Assembly (NCBI GenBank): GCA_963793425.1
Contig: CAWCAG010000007.1
Location: forward strand, 192,001-256,000
DNA: 64,000 nucleotides
Source of the DNA: an uncultured cyanobacterium
GTDB lineage: Bacteria > Cyanobacteriota > Cyanobacteriia > Cyanobacteriales > CAWCAG01
Direction: 5' to 3'
The translations under genes and the position numbers were made by a program. The notes under the pieces are model-generated. The model saw nothing but the letters and a program-made list of their open reading frames with translations. It ran no database searches and was not told where the DNA came from. Shown here piece by piece: positions 32,393 to 42,893 of the stretch; position 1 is the stretch's first letter, and the number at the start of each line of letters is the position of its first letter.

Positions 32393-33286
32393 ATGACTCT
32401 ACCTAACTTCATAATTATAGGTGCTGCCAAATCTGGAACCACAGCTCTTTACCATTATTTAAAACAGCACCCCCAAATTTATTTAAGTCCTATTAAAGAA
32501 ACTGAATTTTTTGCTTTTGAAGGAGAAGAATTAAACTTTCAAGGGCCAGGAGATTTACCCCGTGCTACTATCACTAACTTTGCCCAATACCAAGAGCAGT
32601 TTCAAGGAGTAACTAACCAGATAGCTATTGGTGAAGCTTCTCCTGTTTATATTTATAGCTCCAAAGCACCGGAACGTATCAAAAGTTATTTACCGGATGT
32701 TAAATTAATTGCTATTTTACGGGAGCCTGTTGAGAGAGCTTATTCTCAATATCTCATGTTTATTAGGGATCAGCGCGAACCCTTAATAGATTTTGCTCAA
32801 GCAATTAAAGAGGAAGAAAATCGTCAGCAAAAAGGTTGGGCGTGGGGGTGGCGTTACTTAGAATTAGGCTTTTATTACACTCAATTAAAGCGTTACTTCG
32901 ATATATTTGAACAACAACAAATCAAAGTTTATCTTTATGACGATCTGCGAGATAATCCTTCAAAAGTTATTGCCGATATTTGTGCTTTTCTAAATGTAGA
33001 TACTAGCTTTAGTCCTGATATGTCTTTTAAACCCAACATATCAGGAATACCTCAAAACGAATTACTTCATAGTTTTTTGAGAAAACCTAATGCTCTTAAG
33101 GATTTGTTTAAACCTTTTTTGCCTGCTAAGCTGCGTAAAAGTATGCGCCTTAATTTGCAAAACAGTAATCTTTCTAAACCGAAATTAGATCCAGAAGTAA
33201 AAGAGCAACTATCACCTTTATTTCGCGAAGAAGTTTTACAGCTGCAAGATTTAATTCAAAGAGACTTATCTTCTTGGCTCAATTAA
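32393..33286 (+). CDS. PAPS-dependent sulfotransferase
   Basis: PNFIIIGAAKSGTT, GEASP, AILREPVERAYS. Confidence 0.92.
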   Translation: MTLPNFIIIGAAKSGTTALYHYLKQHPQIYLSPIKETEFFAFEGEELNFQGPGDLPRATITNFAQYQEQFQGVTNQIAIGEASPVYIYSSKAPERIKSYLPDVKLIAILREPVERAYSQYLMFIRDQREPLIDFAQAIKEEENRQQKGWAWGWRYLELGFYYTQLKRYFDIFEQQQIKVYLYDDLRDNPSKVIADICAFLNVDTSFSPDMSFKPNISGIPQNELLHSFLRKPNALKDLFKPFLPAKLRKSMRLNLQNSNLSKPKLDPEVKEQLSPLFREEVLQLQDLIQRDLSSWLN

Positions 33287-33335
33287 ACTTTTCCTCTTCT
33301 CAATCAACATCTCAATTTCAGGTCATAACTCTAAA

Positions 33336-34205
33336 ATGAATTTGCCAAATTTCCTAATTATTGGGGCAATGAAAGCGGGGACAACTTCCCTTTATAATTA
33401 CCTTGAGCAACACCCCCAAATCTACATGAGTTCTCTTAAAGAGCCAAACTTCTTTTCTTACAAAGGCAACAAGCAGCAACCTATAACTACTAAAGAAGAG
33501 TATTGTTCTTTATTCACCCAAGTGAGAGATGAAATAGCAATTGGTGAAGCTTCTACCACTTATTTATCTAGTCGCCAGGCTCCAAATAAAATCTATCAAA
33601 TGATTCCTCAAGTCAAGCTAATAGCTATTTTACGCGATCCAGCCGAAAGAGCCTATTCTCAATATCTTATGCACTATCGTAGTAAGAATTTAGTTTTAGA
33701 AGAAAAGGAGATTCTCAAAGGTTTTACTCAAAGTATTGCAGAAAAACGCCCTGGTTTAGTAGGGGGAGGAAGATATTATAATTGCTTAAAGCGGTATCTA
33801 AATGTATTTGACCCAAATCAACTCAAAATCTGTTTTTTTGAAGACTTAAAAACTCAACCTACTAGCTTGTTGCAAGAACTTTTTGCTTTCTTACAAGTGG
33901 AAAATGATTTTATTGTTACTCAATCTAGTAAGGCTTATAACTCTGGAGGAATACCCAGTAATAAAGGCATTTATAATTACTTAGAGTTCTCGAAACAGAT
34001 ATTCAACAATACCATTAAACCTCTTATTCCAAAAACTTTAATCGACCCAATTTATCAAGCTTATGTAAACTTCAGAAATGCTAACTTAGTTAAAGCACCT
34101 CCTCTTCCAGAAGTAATGCGACAGCAAGTTATTGAGGTATATCGCCCAGATATTCTTGCTTTGCAAGAGTTAGTACGACGGGATCTTGCCCACTGGTTAA
34201 AGTAA
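33336..34205 (+). CDS. PAPS-dependent sulfotransferase
   Basis: PNFLIIGAMKAGTT, GEAST, AILRDPAERAYS. Confidence 0.92.
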   Translation: MNLPNFLIIGAMKAGTTSLYNYLEQHPQIYMSSLKEPNFFSYKGNKQQPITTKEEYCSLFTQVRDEIAIGEASTTYLSSRQAPNKIYQMIPQVKLIAILRDPAERAYSQYLMHYRSKNLVLEEKEILKGFTQSIAEKRPGLVGGGRYYNCLKRYLNVFDPNQLKICFFEDLKTQPTSLLQELFAFLQVENDFIVTQSSKAYNSGGIPSNKGIYNYLEFSKQIFNNTIKPLIPKTLIDPIYQAYVNFRNANLVKAPPLPEVMRQQVIEVYRPDILALQELVRRDLAHWLK

Positions 34206-34228
34206 TTAAAAGAAGGGGGAAGATAGTT

Positions 34229-35149
34229 ATGAAAACGAATATGCCCAACTTTCTAATCATTGGTGCAGCCAAAGCTGGGACAACCTCCCTGCATAGTTTT
34301 TTAGGTCAACATCCCCAAATCTATTTAAGTCCTGTCAAAGAGCCAAATTTCTTCGCTTTAGAAGGGGAAAAACTGGATTTTCCTGCTGGCACAATTAGCC
34401 CAGGTTATTTAGCTGAGTGTAAAACTGATCTGACGGCTTATCAAGAACAATTTCAAGGGGTTGTTAAAGAAAAAGCGATTGGAGAAGCTTCCCCAATTTA
34501 TCTTTACCATCCTCAAGCCCCTCAGCGCATTAAAAACCATCTTCCTGATGTAAAACTAATTGCTATTCTTCGCAACCCAGTAGAAAGAGCTTATTCTAAT
34601 TTCTTACATCATATTCGAGAAGGTTTTGAAACTTATACGGAATTTGCTGAGGCTTTAAAAGTAGAAGAGCAACGCAGACAAGAAAATTGGTGGTGGGGAT
34701 TTTATTATCTTCAAGGAGGATTCTATTATCAACAACTGCAAAGATATTTCCAACTTTTTGAACCTCAACAAATTAAAGTTTATCTTTACGAAGATTTAAA
34801 AACTCAACCGGTTAAATTGCTTCAAGATATTTTTCAATTTTTAGACGTAAATGCTAATTTCAGCCCTGATACTTCTGCACAATATAATGTCGGTGGTGTA
34901 CCTAAAAATCAAACTTGGTATCGTTTTCTCACCACCAAAAACCCTTTAAAAGAACCTCTCAAACTACTGTTTCCCGCCGAACTACGTAAAAGTTTAGTAC
35001 TAAAGTTAAAAAATAAAGCCTTAGCTAAACCCCAAATATCTCCAGCAACTCACGCTCAACTCACCGCAGAATACCGTGAGGATATCTTAAAATTACAAGA
35101 CTTAATCGGGCAGGATCTTTCATCTTGGTTAGAGCAGGGGGAAAGATGA
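34229..35149 (+). CDS. PAPS-dependent sulfotransferase
   Basis: PNFLIIGAAKAGTT, GEASP, AILRNPVERAYS. Confidence 0.92.
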   Translation: MKTNMPNFLIIGAAKAGTTSLHSFLGQHPQIYLSPVKEPNFFALEGEKLDFPAGTISPGYLAECKTDLTAYQEQFQGVVKEKAIGEASPIYLYHPQAPQRIKNHLPDVKLIAILRNPVERAYSNFLHHIREGFETYTEFAEALKVEEQRRQENWWWGFYYLQGGFYYQQLQRYFQLFEPQQIKVYLYEDLKTQPVKLLQDIFQFLDVNANFSPDTSAQYNVGGVPKNQTWYRFLTTKNPLKEPLKLLFPAELRKSLVLKLKNKALAKPQISPATHAQLTAEYREDILKLQDLIGQDLSSWLEQGER

Positions 35150-36390
35150 AAACTTTACTTCTTAGTACTGATGATATCCAAGGGGGTGCAGCCAGGGCAG
35201 CTTATCGCTTGCATCAAGGTTTGCAGAAAGCAGGGGTAAATTCCCAGATGCTAGTCAAGGAAAAATCTAGCCAAGATCCTACAGTTATTGCTCCTGCAAC
35301 CAAACTAGCAGAAGGCATCGCGAAAACGAAACAAACCTTTGCTGCTTTACCCCTCAAACTTTACTCCCAAAGGCAAGGCACCACCTTTTCTACCCAGTGG
35401 TTGCCTGACAACATTGTACCTCAAGTTGCTCAAATTAATCCCGATGTGATTAACTTACATTGGATCAACAATAGCTATATGCAAATTGAAACCTTGGGGA
35501 AATTAAAACGACCTCTGGTTTGGAGTTTGCACGATATGTGGGCATTTACTGGCGGATGTCATTACAATCAAGAATGTGATCGTTACACAAATTCCTGCGG
35601 TAGCTGTCCTCAACTAGGTAGCAACCAAGACTGGGATCTCTCCCGTTGGATTTGGCGACGCAAGGTCAAAGCTTGGCAAAATATTAACTTAACCATCGTC
35701 GCTTTAACTTCCTGGTTAGCTAGTTGTGCTGCTTCAAGTTCCCTCTTTAAGCAACAGCGTATTGAAATCATTCCTAATGGCATAGATACAAATATATATC
35801 GCCCCATCCCCCGCCAGTTAGCACGAGAAGCCCTTAATTTGCCCCAAGATAAAGAATTACTCCTCTTTGGCTCCCTCAACGCCACCAGCGACAAACGCAA
35901 GGGCTTTCACTTGTTGCAAGCTGCCCTCCAAGACTTAAGAAAAGATACCTTGGAATTAGTGGTTTTTGGAGCTTCCGAACCAGAAAATCCCCCTGACTTG
36001 GGTTTTAAAACCCATTACTTAGGAACATTCGCCGACGATCTTTCCTTAGCCCTAATCTACTCAGCAGCAGATGTCTTCGTCTTACCATCTGTGCAAGACA
36101 ACTTACCCAACACCATCATGGAAGCGATCGCCTGCGGTACTCCTTGCTTAGGATTCAATATTGGGGGTTTACCAGACATGATTGAGCATCACGGTAATGG
36201 TTACTTAGCCCAACCCTTCAACATTGAAGACTTAGCCCAAGGGATTACTTGGTTGCTAGAAAACCGCGAGAGACATCAAAAGCTTTGCCATCGTGCCAGG
36301 GAAAAAGCCGAACAAGAGTTTACCCTAGAATTGCAAGCACAGCGCTACCTGAAACTTTTTCGGGAACTTGTCGAGGAGGAAAGCAAGTGA
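35146..36390 (+). CDS. Glycosyltransferase family 4 (WcaC-like)
   Basis: GGAARAAYRLH, SLHDMWAFTGGCHY, DNLPNTIMEA; ATG at 35146 overlaps the upstream stop. Confidence 0.9.
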   Translation: MKTLLLSTDDIQGGAARAAYRLHQGLQKAGVNSQMLVKEKSSQDPTVIAPATKLAEGIAKTKQTFAALPLKLYSQRQGTTFSTQWLPDNIVPQVAQINPDVINLHWINNSYMQIETLGKLKRPLVWSLHDMWAFTGGCHYNQECDRYTNSCGSCPQLGSNQDWDLSRWIWRRKVKAWQNINLTIVALTSWLASCAASSSLFKQQRIEIIPNGIDTNIYRPIPRQLAREALNLPQDKELLLFGSLNATSDKRKGFHLLQAALQDLRKDTLELVVFGASEPENPPDLGFKTHYLGTFADDLSLALIYSAADVFVLPSVQDNLPNTIMEAIACGTPCLGFNIGGLPDMIEHHGNGYLAQPFNIEDLAQGITWLLENRERHQKLCHRAREKAEQEFTLELQAQRYLKLFRELVEEESK

Positions 36391-37655
36391 GAATAAAAAC
36401 CAGCTTACTCCAATATTTAGCTAAGTTCGAGCCATTATTGGTCACCTCATTGCTCGTATTTTACGCTGGGGTTAGTTTACCATCTCCTTTTGGTTCCCCT
36501 TGGGCAAAACTAATGAAGTTGTCTTCTTACTTCCTAGTGCCTCTCCTAGCTTTAATCCGCTGGAAAAAATGTTTATACCTTGCCACTAAAGATATTCCCC
36601 TGCTGCTCTTAACAGGGCTAGCTTTACTATCTTATTTTTGGTCTGCTGCCCCAGCAGACACCCTTAATTTTGGCAGGGCCTTAGCCCGTACTACCGTCTT
36701 TGGTATCTATCTAGCAGCCTGCTATAGTCCTAAAGAACAAATGCGTATGACCACTTGGGCTTTAGTAATAGCTAGCATCATAAGTCTGGGTATGTGTATT
36801 GCTATGCCTTCCACTGCTATTAGCAACGATGGTCTTTGGAAAGGAGCTTTCAACCACAAAAATACTATGGCTCGGCTGATGGCTTTGGCAACTTTGCTAT
36901 TTGTCTCAGTAAGTATAGAGGCAAAAAAGCAGCGCTGGCTACCTTGGTTGATGGTTTTGCTCGGATTTTTCCTACTTGTGCAAACCCAAGGTAAAACTTC
37001 CCTAGTTATGTTTGTGTTTGGTTTGTGCTTATTGCCTTTTTACTATGCCGTAAAGCAAAAATATAAGTTTAGAACTGTACTTATACTTTTTGGCATAGTT
37101 GCAGGGGGGGCAATTGCTTTGTGGCTAGCCAACAACCTAGAAGCAATTATTGTCGATGGTTTGGGCAAAGATATGACCTTGAGTGGACGAAGTGAACTTT
37201 GGGATGCAATCATTTATCGGGGTATGCAAAGACCTTGGTTGGGTTATGGCTTTGCTGGCTTTTGGAACAACCGTCAAGAAGCTTTTTCGATTGGTGTGAT
37301 GGTTTCTTGGTTTGGTACAGAAGGTAAAGGTCATGCCCATAGCGGTTTTGTTGATCTGTTTGTACAAGTCGGTTTTGTCGGTATTGGTCTTTACGTTTTG
37401 AGTTTGCTAACTTTTTTGGGGAGGATTATTAACTTATTAAACAACACAGGAAAAATAGAATATTTCTGGTTTCTTCAATTTACAGTTATTAGTTGTTTAT
37501 TCAACTATACTTTAACTCAGACTATTCTCAATCAAAGCGATTTAATTTGGCTTTTATATGTTGCTTATGCCTTTTCTACAGCTTTGCAACAAGAACGCCT
37601 AGACAGAACTCGCCACTTAATGGCAAGCAAACAAAAACAAATGCTAACTAGCTAA
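36387..37655 (+). CDS. O-antigen ligase / Wzy-like polymerase
   Basis: Multi-TM, GAFNHKN, TLSGRSELW, RPWLGYG, HAHSGF; GTG start overlaps the upstream TGA. Confidence 0.87.
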   Translation: MRIKTSLLQYLAKFEPLLVTSLLVFYAGVSLPSPFGSPWAKLMKLSSYFLVPLLALIRWKKCLYLATKDIPLLLLTGLALLSYFWSAAPADTLNFGRALARTTVFGIYLAACYSPKEQMRMTTWALVIASIISLGMCIAMPSTAISNDGLWKGAFNHKNTMARLMALATLLFVSVSIEAKKQRWLPWLMVLLGFFLLVQTQGKTSLVMFVFGLCLLPFYYAVKQKYKFRTVLILFGIVAGGAIALWLANNLEAIIVDGLGKDMTLSGRSELWDAIIYRGMQRPWLGYGFAGFWNNRQEAFSIGVMVSWFGTEGKGHAHSGFVDLFVQVGFVGIGLYVLSLLTFLGRIINLLNNTGKIEYFWFLQFTVISCLFNYTLTQTILNQSDLIWLLYVAYAFSTALQQERLDRTRHLMASKQKQMLTS

Positions 37656-37676
37656 ACTAAATTATAACCAGGAGTT

Positions 37677-38738
37677 ATGTGCATGAAAGTATTAGTAACA
37701 GGATCAAGCGGTTTAATTGGCTCTGAAGCTGTGGCCTATTACGACCAACAAGGTCATGAAGTAATTGGTGCAGATAATAATATGAGGGCGGAGTTTTTTG
37801 GTAAACAAGGAGATACGACTTGGAATCTTAATCGCCTTAAAGAAGTTAGTAAGAACTTTACTCATTACAACCTTGATATCCGTGATCGCGAAGGGGTTTT
37901 TGAGTTATTTAAAAACAATCCCCTTGATTTGATTATTCACTGTGCGGCACAACCTTCCCATGATAAAGCTTGTGAAATTCCTCTGTTAGATTTTGAAGTT
38001 AATGCTTTGGGTACTGTGAATTTGTTGGAGGCAACCAGGCAGTTTTGCCCAGAAGCTGTTTTTATCCACATGAGTACCAACAAAGTTTATGGTGATGCCC
38101 CCAATGAAGTACCAAGGGTAGAGTTAGAAAAACGCTACGATTATGCTAACCCAGAAGATCAGGATGGGATTTCTGAAGAGTGTCGCATTGATCGTTGCTT
38201 GCACTCTCTATTTGGGGCTTCTAAAGTGGCTGCGGATGTAGTTGCCCAAGAATATGGTCGCTACTTCGGCATCAAAACAGGTATTTTTCGAGGGGGTTGT
38301 TTAACTGGCCCTTCCCACTCTGGGGTTGAGCTTCATGGCTTTCTTTCCTATTTGGTCAAGGTGGGAGTTACCGGGGGAACTTACAAAGTATTTGGTTATA
38401 AAGGTAAGCAAGTGCGGGACAACATCCACAGTTACGATGTTATTCAAGCCTTTGAAGCCTTTCGCCGCAATCCCAAACCAGGAGAGGTTTATAACTTAGG
38501 AGGAGGCCGAGGCAACAGCGTCTCTGTGTTAGAAGCTTTTGATCGGGTGGGGGATTTAGTCGGTAAAAAGATGAACTGGACTTATGTAGATAAAAACCGC
38601 ATTGGAGATCATCTTTGTTACATTTCCGATTTAAGCAAACTAAAAGAACATTTTCCTGACTGGGGTATTACCCGTAGCTTGACGGATATTCTTGAAGAGA
38701 TGGTTGCAGTGGAGCAAAAAAGATATGCCCAAGTTTAG
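37677..38738 (+). CDS. NAD-dependent nucleotide-sugar epimerase (CDP-paratose 2-epimerase-like)
   Basis: [32 protein letters not shown]. Confidence 0.85.
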   Translation: MCMKVLVTGSSGLIGSEAVAYYDQQGHEVIGADNNMRAEFFGKQGDTTWNLNRLKEVSKNFTHYNLDIRDREGVFELFKNNPLDLIIHCAAQPSHDKACEIPLLDFEVNALGTVNLLEATRQFCPEAVFIHMSTNKVYGDAPNEVPRVELEKRYDYANPEDQDGISEECRIDRCLHSLFGASKVAADVVAQEYGRYFGIKTGIFRGGCLTGPSHSGVELHGFLSYLVKVGVTGGTYKVFGYKGKQVRDNIHSYDVIQAFEAFRRNPKPGEVYNLGGGRGNSVSVLEAFDRVGDLVGKKMNWTYVDKNRIGDHLCYISDLSKLKEHFPDWGITRSLTDILEEMVAVEQKRYAQV

Positions 38739-39939
38739 GGAGCGTAACATACTTCTTTTTGATCTGTTTTCAACAGGACATCATGCTGGCTATCTCCTCC
38801 ATCTAATTAAACATTGGCAAGAGGTAGGCTTACCTGGCAGTTTGCAGGTGTTGGTAACTCCTGAATTTATCCAATCCCATCCCGATGTGGTTGCAGCCGC
38901 AAACTCAGAAGTCAACTTGGTTACGATCACCCCTGAAGAAACAGGACAGCTTAAATCGGAACAATCTAGCCGGGATCGCCTAACCCGTAGTTTCCAAGAA
39001 TGGGACTTGTTGCAAAAGTATGCCCTAGAGTTGCAGCCAACTCATTGTTTACTGATGTACCTCGACTCTATCCTGTTAGCTTTAGCTATAAAAGGGCAAC
39101 TTCCTTGTGCGGTATCAGGAATTTACTTTCGCCCCATCTTCCACTATGGGGGGTTTGCAGATTTCCAGTCTTCTTGGAAGGAACGCATTTTGCAAGGGCG
39201 CGATCGCCTGATTCTTTCACAGTTATTAGGAAAAAAGCAATTTAAAACTCTTTTTTGTCTTGATCCTTTTGCTGTAGAAAAAATTGACCAATTTAACAGC
39301 CAGGTTCAACCGCTCTATTTAGCTGATCCTGTACAAATATATCAGCATTCTGATGCTAAATTGCAGGAACTTCAAGCAACTTTGGCTTTACCAGAAAAGC
39401 GGAAAGTTTTTCTCATGTTTGGAGTACCTCAACCCCGTAAAGGTATTTACCAATTATTAGAAGCGATCGCTTTATTACCTAGTAATTTAGCTGAGAAATT
39501 TTGTCTGTTATTAGTGGGTCCAAAAAGTGAAGATCCCTTTATTCATAATCGTATCTCGCAACTGCAAAAAGACCTACCCATAAAAGTAGTCAAACGGGAG
39601 AAATTTATTCAAGACGAAGAAATTCAGCCTTACTTCCAACTAGCTGATGTTATTCTTGCCCCCTATCAACGCCACATTGGTATGAGTGCTATCTTAGTCC
39701 GTGCTGCGGCGGCTCAAAAACTTGTACTTAGTTGTAATTATGGTCTGATGGGGGAGATGGTCAAACGCTATGAATTAGGTACAACAGTCGATGCTAGTTC
39801 TCCAGGGGAAATTGCTAAAGGTATAACTCAGTTTCTCCAACAACCTGAAGAAAAGATTGGCAATTTATCTAGTATAAAATCTTTTGCTCAAATTAATACA
39901 GCAGAAAACTTTGCTAAAACTATTTTTAATAATTTATAG
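38725..39939 (+). CDS. Glycosyltransferase, GT-B / family 4
   Basis: [21 protein letters not shown]; start set at ATG 38725. Confidence 0.82.
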   Translation: MPKFRERNILLFDLFSTGHHAGYLLHLIKHWQEVGLPGSLQVLVTPEFIQSHPDVVAAANSEVNLVTITPEETGQLKSEQSSRDRLTRSFQEWDLLQKYALELQPTHCLLMYLDSILLALAIKGQLPCAVSGIYFRPIFHYGGFADFQSSWKERILQGRDRLILSQLLGKKQFKTLFCLDPFAVEKIDQFNSQVQPLYLADPVQIYQHSDAKLQELQATLALPEKRKVFLMFGVPQPRKGIYQLLEAIALLPSNLAEKFCLLLVGPKSEDPFIHNRISQLQKDLPIKVVKREKFIQDEEIQPYFQLADVILAPYQRHIGMSAILVRAAAAQKLVLSCNYGLMGEMVKRYELGTTVDASSPGEIAKGITQFLQQPEEKIGNLSSIKSFAQINTAENFAKTIFNNL

Positions 39940-39958
39940 CTCCTCATCTACTTAAATA

Positions 39959-41125
39959 ATGAAAATTCTTTTCTTAACGACAATTCTCTTAAGTAAAAAT
40001 AGAAATGGCGGTGAAGTTGCTTCCCAATGTTTTATTGATGGTTTGAGAGAAGGAGGACATGAAGTTAAAGTAGTTGGTTATCTTCGTAAAGGAGATATCT
40101 TGGAACATAATTCTCAAAATACTATTGTTGTTGAGGAACGTTACACAGAAACTAGCAAAAATAAAGTTTATCCCCTAATTTGGTTTATCTTGAGTATTTT
40201 GCTCAATTTACCCTATTCTGCTGCTAAGTATTATTCAAGTAAATATAAGCAGATTGTCAAACAACTTCTAGCTACTGATAAATACGATTTAGTAATTATC
40301 GACCATTCTCAACTCAGTTGGCTAAAAAATGTAGTTAATTCTCAAACTAAGTTGATCTTTGTTGCTCATAATATTGAACACGAAAACTATCAAGAAAATT
40401 CTCGCAATGCTAGTAACTTAGTTGCTAAGTCGGTTTATCAAAGAGAGGCTACTTTGATGGCGAAACAAGAAAACAAACTAGCAATGAAAGCAGAGCAAGT
40501 TTGGACATTAACTCATTATGATGCTAAATACTTTGCTAAATTCAAAAGTACCAATCAAGTTAAAGTATTTTCTCTTCCCCCTAGTAAGGGTAAATTACCA
40601 AACAAACCCCCTAAAAAACAATGTGATATAGGTCTTTTAGCCAGTTGGTCATGGCAAGCTAATCGAGAAGCTTTACAATGGTTTCTAGACAAAGTTTATC
40701 CTCTTCTACCTACGGACTTTTCCATTCAAGTTGCGGGCAAAGGTGCGGAATGGTTAAAAGAAAAATATCCTCAAATCCACTATTTAGGAGTAGTGCCAGA
40801 TGCCCAAGAATTTATGGCACAGGCTAAGGTATTTGCAATTCCTACTCTCAGTGGTGGTGGTATTCAAATCAAAACTTTAGATGCCCTTGCTTCGGGTTCA
40901 ATTATTGTTGCTACTCCAGTAGGTTTAAGAGGAATTGATAACTTGCCGGCAACAGTCAAAGTAGCCCAAAACCCTGAAGAATTTGCTCATTGTCTCAAAA
41001 CAGCCGTTACTTCGCCAACTTCAGATCAGGCTTTTGCTGAGTCTCGACATTGGTCTTATCAGCGACAAGAGCAGTTTAATAAAGAGTTAATGCAAGGGAT
41101 AAACGAACAAACACTGAAAATGTAA
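39959..41125 (+). CDS. Glycosyltransferase family 4
   Basis: AHNIEH and SGGGIQIKTLDALASG. Confidence 0.82.
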   Translation: MKILFLTTILLSKNRNGGEVASQCFIDGLREGGHEVKVVGYLRKGDILEHNSQNTIVVEERYTETSKNKVYPLIWFILSILLNLPYSAAKYYSSKYKQIVKQLLATDKYDLVIIDHSQLSWLKNVVNSQTKLIFVAHNIEHENYQENSRNASNLVAKSVYQREATLMAKQENKLAMKAEQVWTLTHYDAKYFAKFKSTNQVKVFSLPPSKGKLPNKPPKKQCDIGLLASWSWQANREALQWFLDKVYPLLPTDFSIQVAGKGAEWLKEKYPQIHYLGVVPDAQEFMAQAKVFAIPTLSGGGIQIKTLDALASGSIIVATPVGLRGIDNLPATVKVAQNPEEFAHCLKTAVTSPTSDQAFAESRHWSYQRQEQFNKELMQGINEQTLKM

Positions 41126-41188
41126 AGCGCTTTACTTTGCGTTCAACTACTATTTAATTGGTAAGTTACTTTAAAGAGAGGTAGTACA

Positions 41189-41935
41189 ATGCGGGTCAAT
41201 ATATGCGGGGTGAGTATTGACCAATACTCTTTTAATGAGGTTGTGGACATTATTGTCCAACAGGCTATTGCTGGTACTGAACCAGAATATGTAGTTACTC
41301 CCAATGCTCAACATTTGGTAACACTACAAAAAGACGCTGAATTCCAGGAAATATATCGCCATGCTTTCTTAGTCGTACCCGATGGTGTCCCTTTGCTTTG
41401 GGCAGCAAATTGCTTGGAAACCCCTTTACAAGGCCGTGTTAACGGCACGGATCTATTTGAAAGTTTGTGTGCTGTTGCCCCGGAAAAGGACTTAAAAGTA
41501 TTTCTCTTAGGAGGTCGTCCTGGGGCAGCAGAGGATGCTGCCAAACTTTTACAAGCTCGACACCCTGGGTTACAGATTTCAGGTACTTACTGCCCTCCCT
41601 ACGGCTTTGAAAACGATGCTGTTGAGTTAAGCAAGATCAACCAAATGATTAAGGACGCTGCACCACAACTCCTTTTTGTTGGTTTAGGCGCACCGAAACA
41701 AGAAAAGTGGATTTATGCTCATTATCAAGAACTAAAAGTACCAGTTTCTCTTGGTATTGGTGTTAGTTTTGAGTTAGTTGCGGGAACAGTACAAAGAGCG
41801 CCTAAGTGGATGCAAAAGACAGGATTAGAGTGGTTTTTCCGCTTGTTGGTGGAACCAGGCCGCCTTTGGAAGCGTTATATTTTTGGTAATACTCTTTTCC
41901 TTTGGTTAGTTTTGAAGCAACGTTTTTCTCTCTAG
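41189..41935 (+). CDS. WecB/TagA/CpsF family glycosyltransferase
   Basis: VVTPNAQH, VPDG, RVNGTDL, VGLGAPKQE, GLEWFFRL. Confidence 0.93.
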   Translation: MRVNICGVSIDQYSFNEVVDIIVQQAIAGTEPEYVVTPNAQHLVTLQKDAEFQEIYRHAFLVVPDGVPLLWAANCLETPLQGRVNGTDLFESLCAVAPEKDLKVFLLGGRPGAAEDAAKLLQARHPGLQISGTYCPPYGFENDAVELSKINQMIKDAAPQLLFVGLGAPKQEKWIYAHYQELKVPVSLGIGVSFELVAGTVQRAPKWMQKTGLEWFFRLLVEPGRLWKRYIFGNTLFLWLVLKQRFSL

Positions 41936-42003
41936 AAAAATTGAATTTATAACTTTGCAAGTTTGTAAAATAACCTTGAAAAAAGAAATAAAGTAATTAA
42001 CTT

Positions 42004-42034
42004 TTGTCGATTATTATTGGGATAGATAATCGAC
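42004..42034. repeat. 31-bp palindromic direct repeat, copy 1
   Basis: TTGTCGATTATTATTGGGATAGATAATCGAC; 26/31 identical to 43629-43659. Confidence 0.75.
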
Positions 42035-42100
42035 TCGCTATTGAAAAGGCAATCTTCATTATCCAACTGAACCTCAAACTTATCAAGAAGGTAAGAAGAC

Positions 42101-42718
42101 ATGAATAAAGCTAAAGTATTTTGTGTTGGCTTCCATAAAACAGGAACTAGTAGCCTATCTAATGCCCTAACTAAATTAGGCTATCGTGTTCGCACTTGCG
42201 GCCCGTTTGTTGTTGATTTTGAAACTCGAAATAGGGTTTGTGAGGCGGCTTTTGCTGAGGTGGAGAAATATGACGCATTTCAAGACAATCCTTGGCCTAT
42301 TATTTATCAAGAATTAGATCAAAAGTACCCTGGTAGCAAATTCATCCTTACTACAAGACCTACAGATAAATGGATTAAAAGTGTTGTTGGATATTTTGGC
42401 TCTAAAGATAGCTCTATGAGAAAGTGGATTTATGGAGTTGGTCATCCTGAAGGACATGAAGATGTTTATCTTGAACGTTACGAACGCCACTACCGAGAAG
42501 TGAGAGAGTATTTTCAAAATAGACCTGAAGATATCTTGGAAATTAGTATAACTGAAGGAGAAAGATGGGAAAAATTGTGTCCTTTTCTCGATAAAGAAAT
42601 ACCTGATTTTGACTTTCCTTATACTAATAAGCAAGAAAATAAATATAAATCAAAAATGACTAACCTGAAGAAGAAGATTACCAAAAAAATACAATCTCTT
42701 AGCTCAAAATTAAGTTAA
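42101..42718 (+). CDS. Sulfotransferase family protein (Sulfotransfer_4-like)
   Basis: VFCVGFHKTGTSSL, KFILTTR, WEKLCPFL. Confidence 0.85.
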   Translation: MNKAKVFCVGFHKTGTSSLSNALTKLGYRVRTCGPFVVDFETRNRVCEAAFAEVEKYDAFQDNPWPIIYQELDQKYPGSKFILTTRPTDKWIKSVVGYFGSKDSSMRKWIYGVGHPEGHEDVYLERYERHYREVREYFQNRPEDILEISITEGERWEKLCPFLDKEIPDFDFPYTNKQENKYKSKMTNLKKKITKKIQSLSSKLS

Positions 42719-42893
42719 TATAATAAATATTTTCAAGGAGAGAAAATACATCTTTTCTCCTCTTTCATTTTTCTTTCAAAAACAACTAAAAGAATTCACT
42801 GAATCTTTATAAAAAGAGCCTCAGTCTTCATCCCGTTTTCATATGAATCAGCAGATAATGTGACCAACAACTTCCTGATCTGCTCTAATTATT

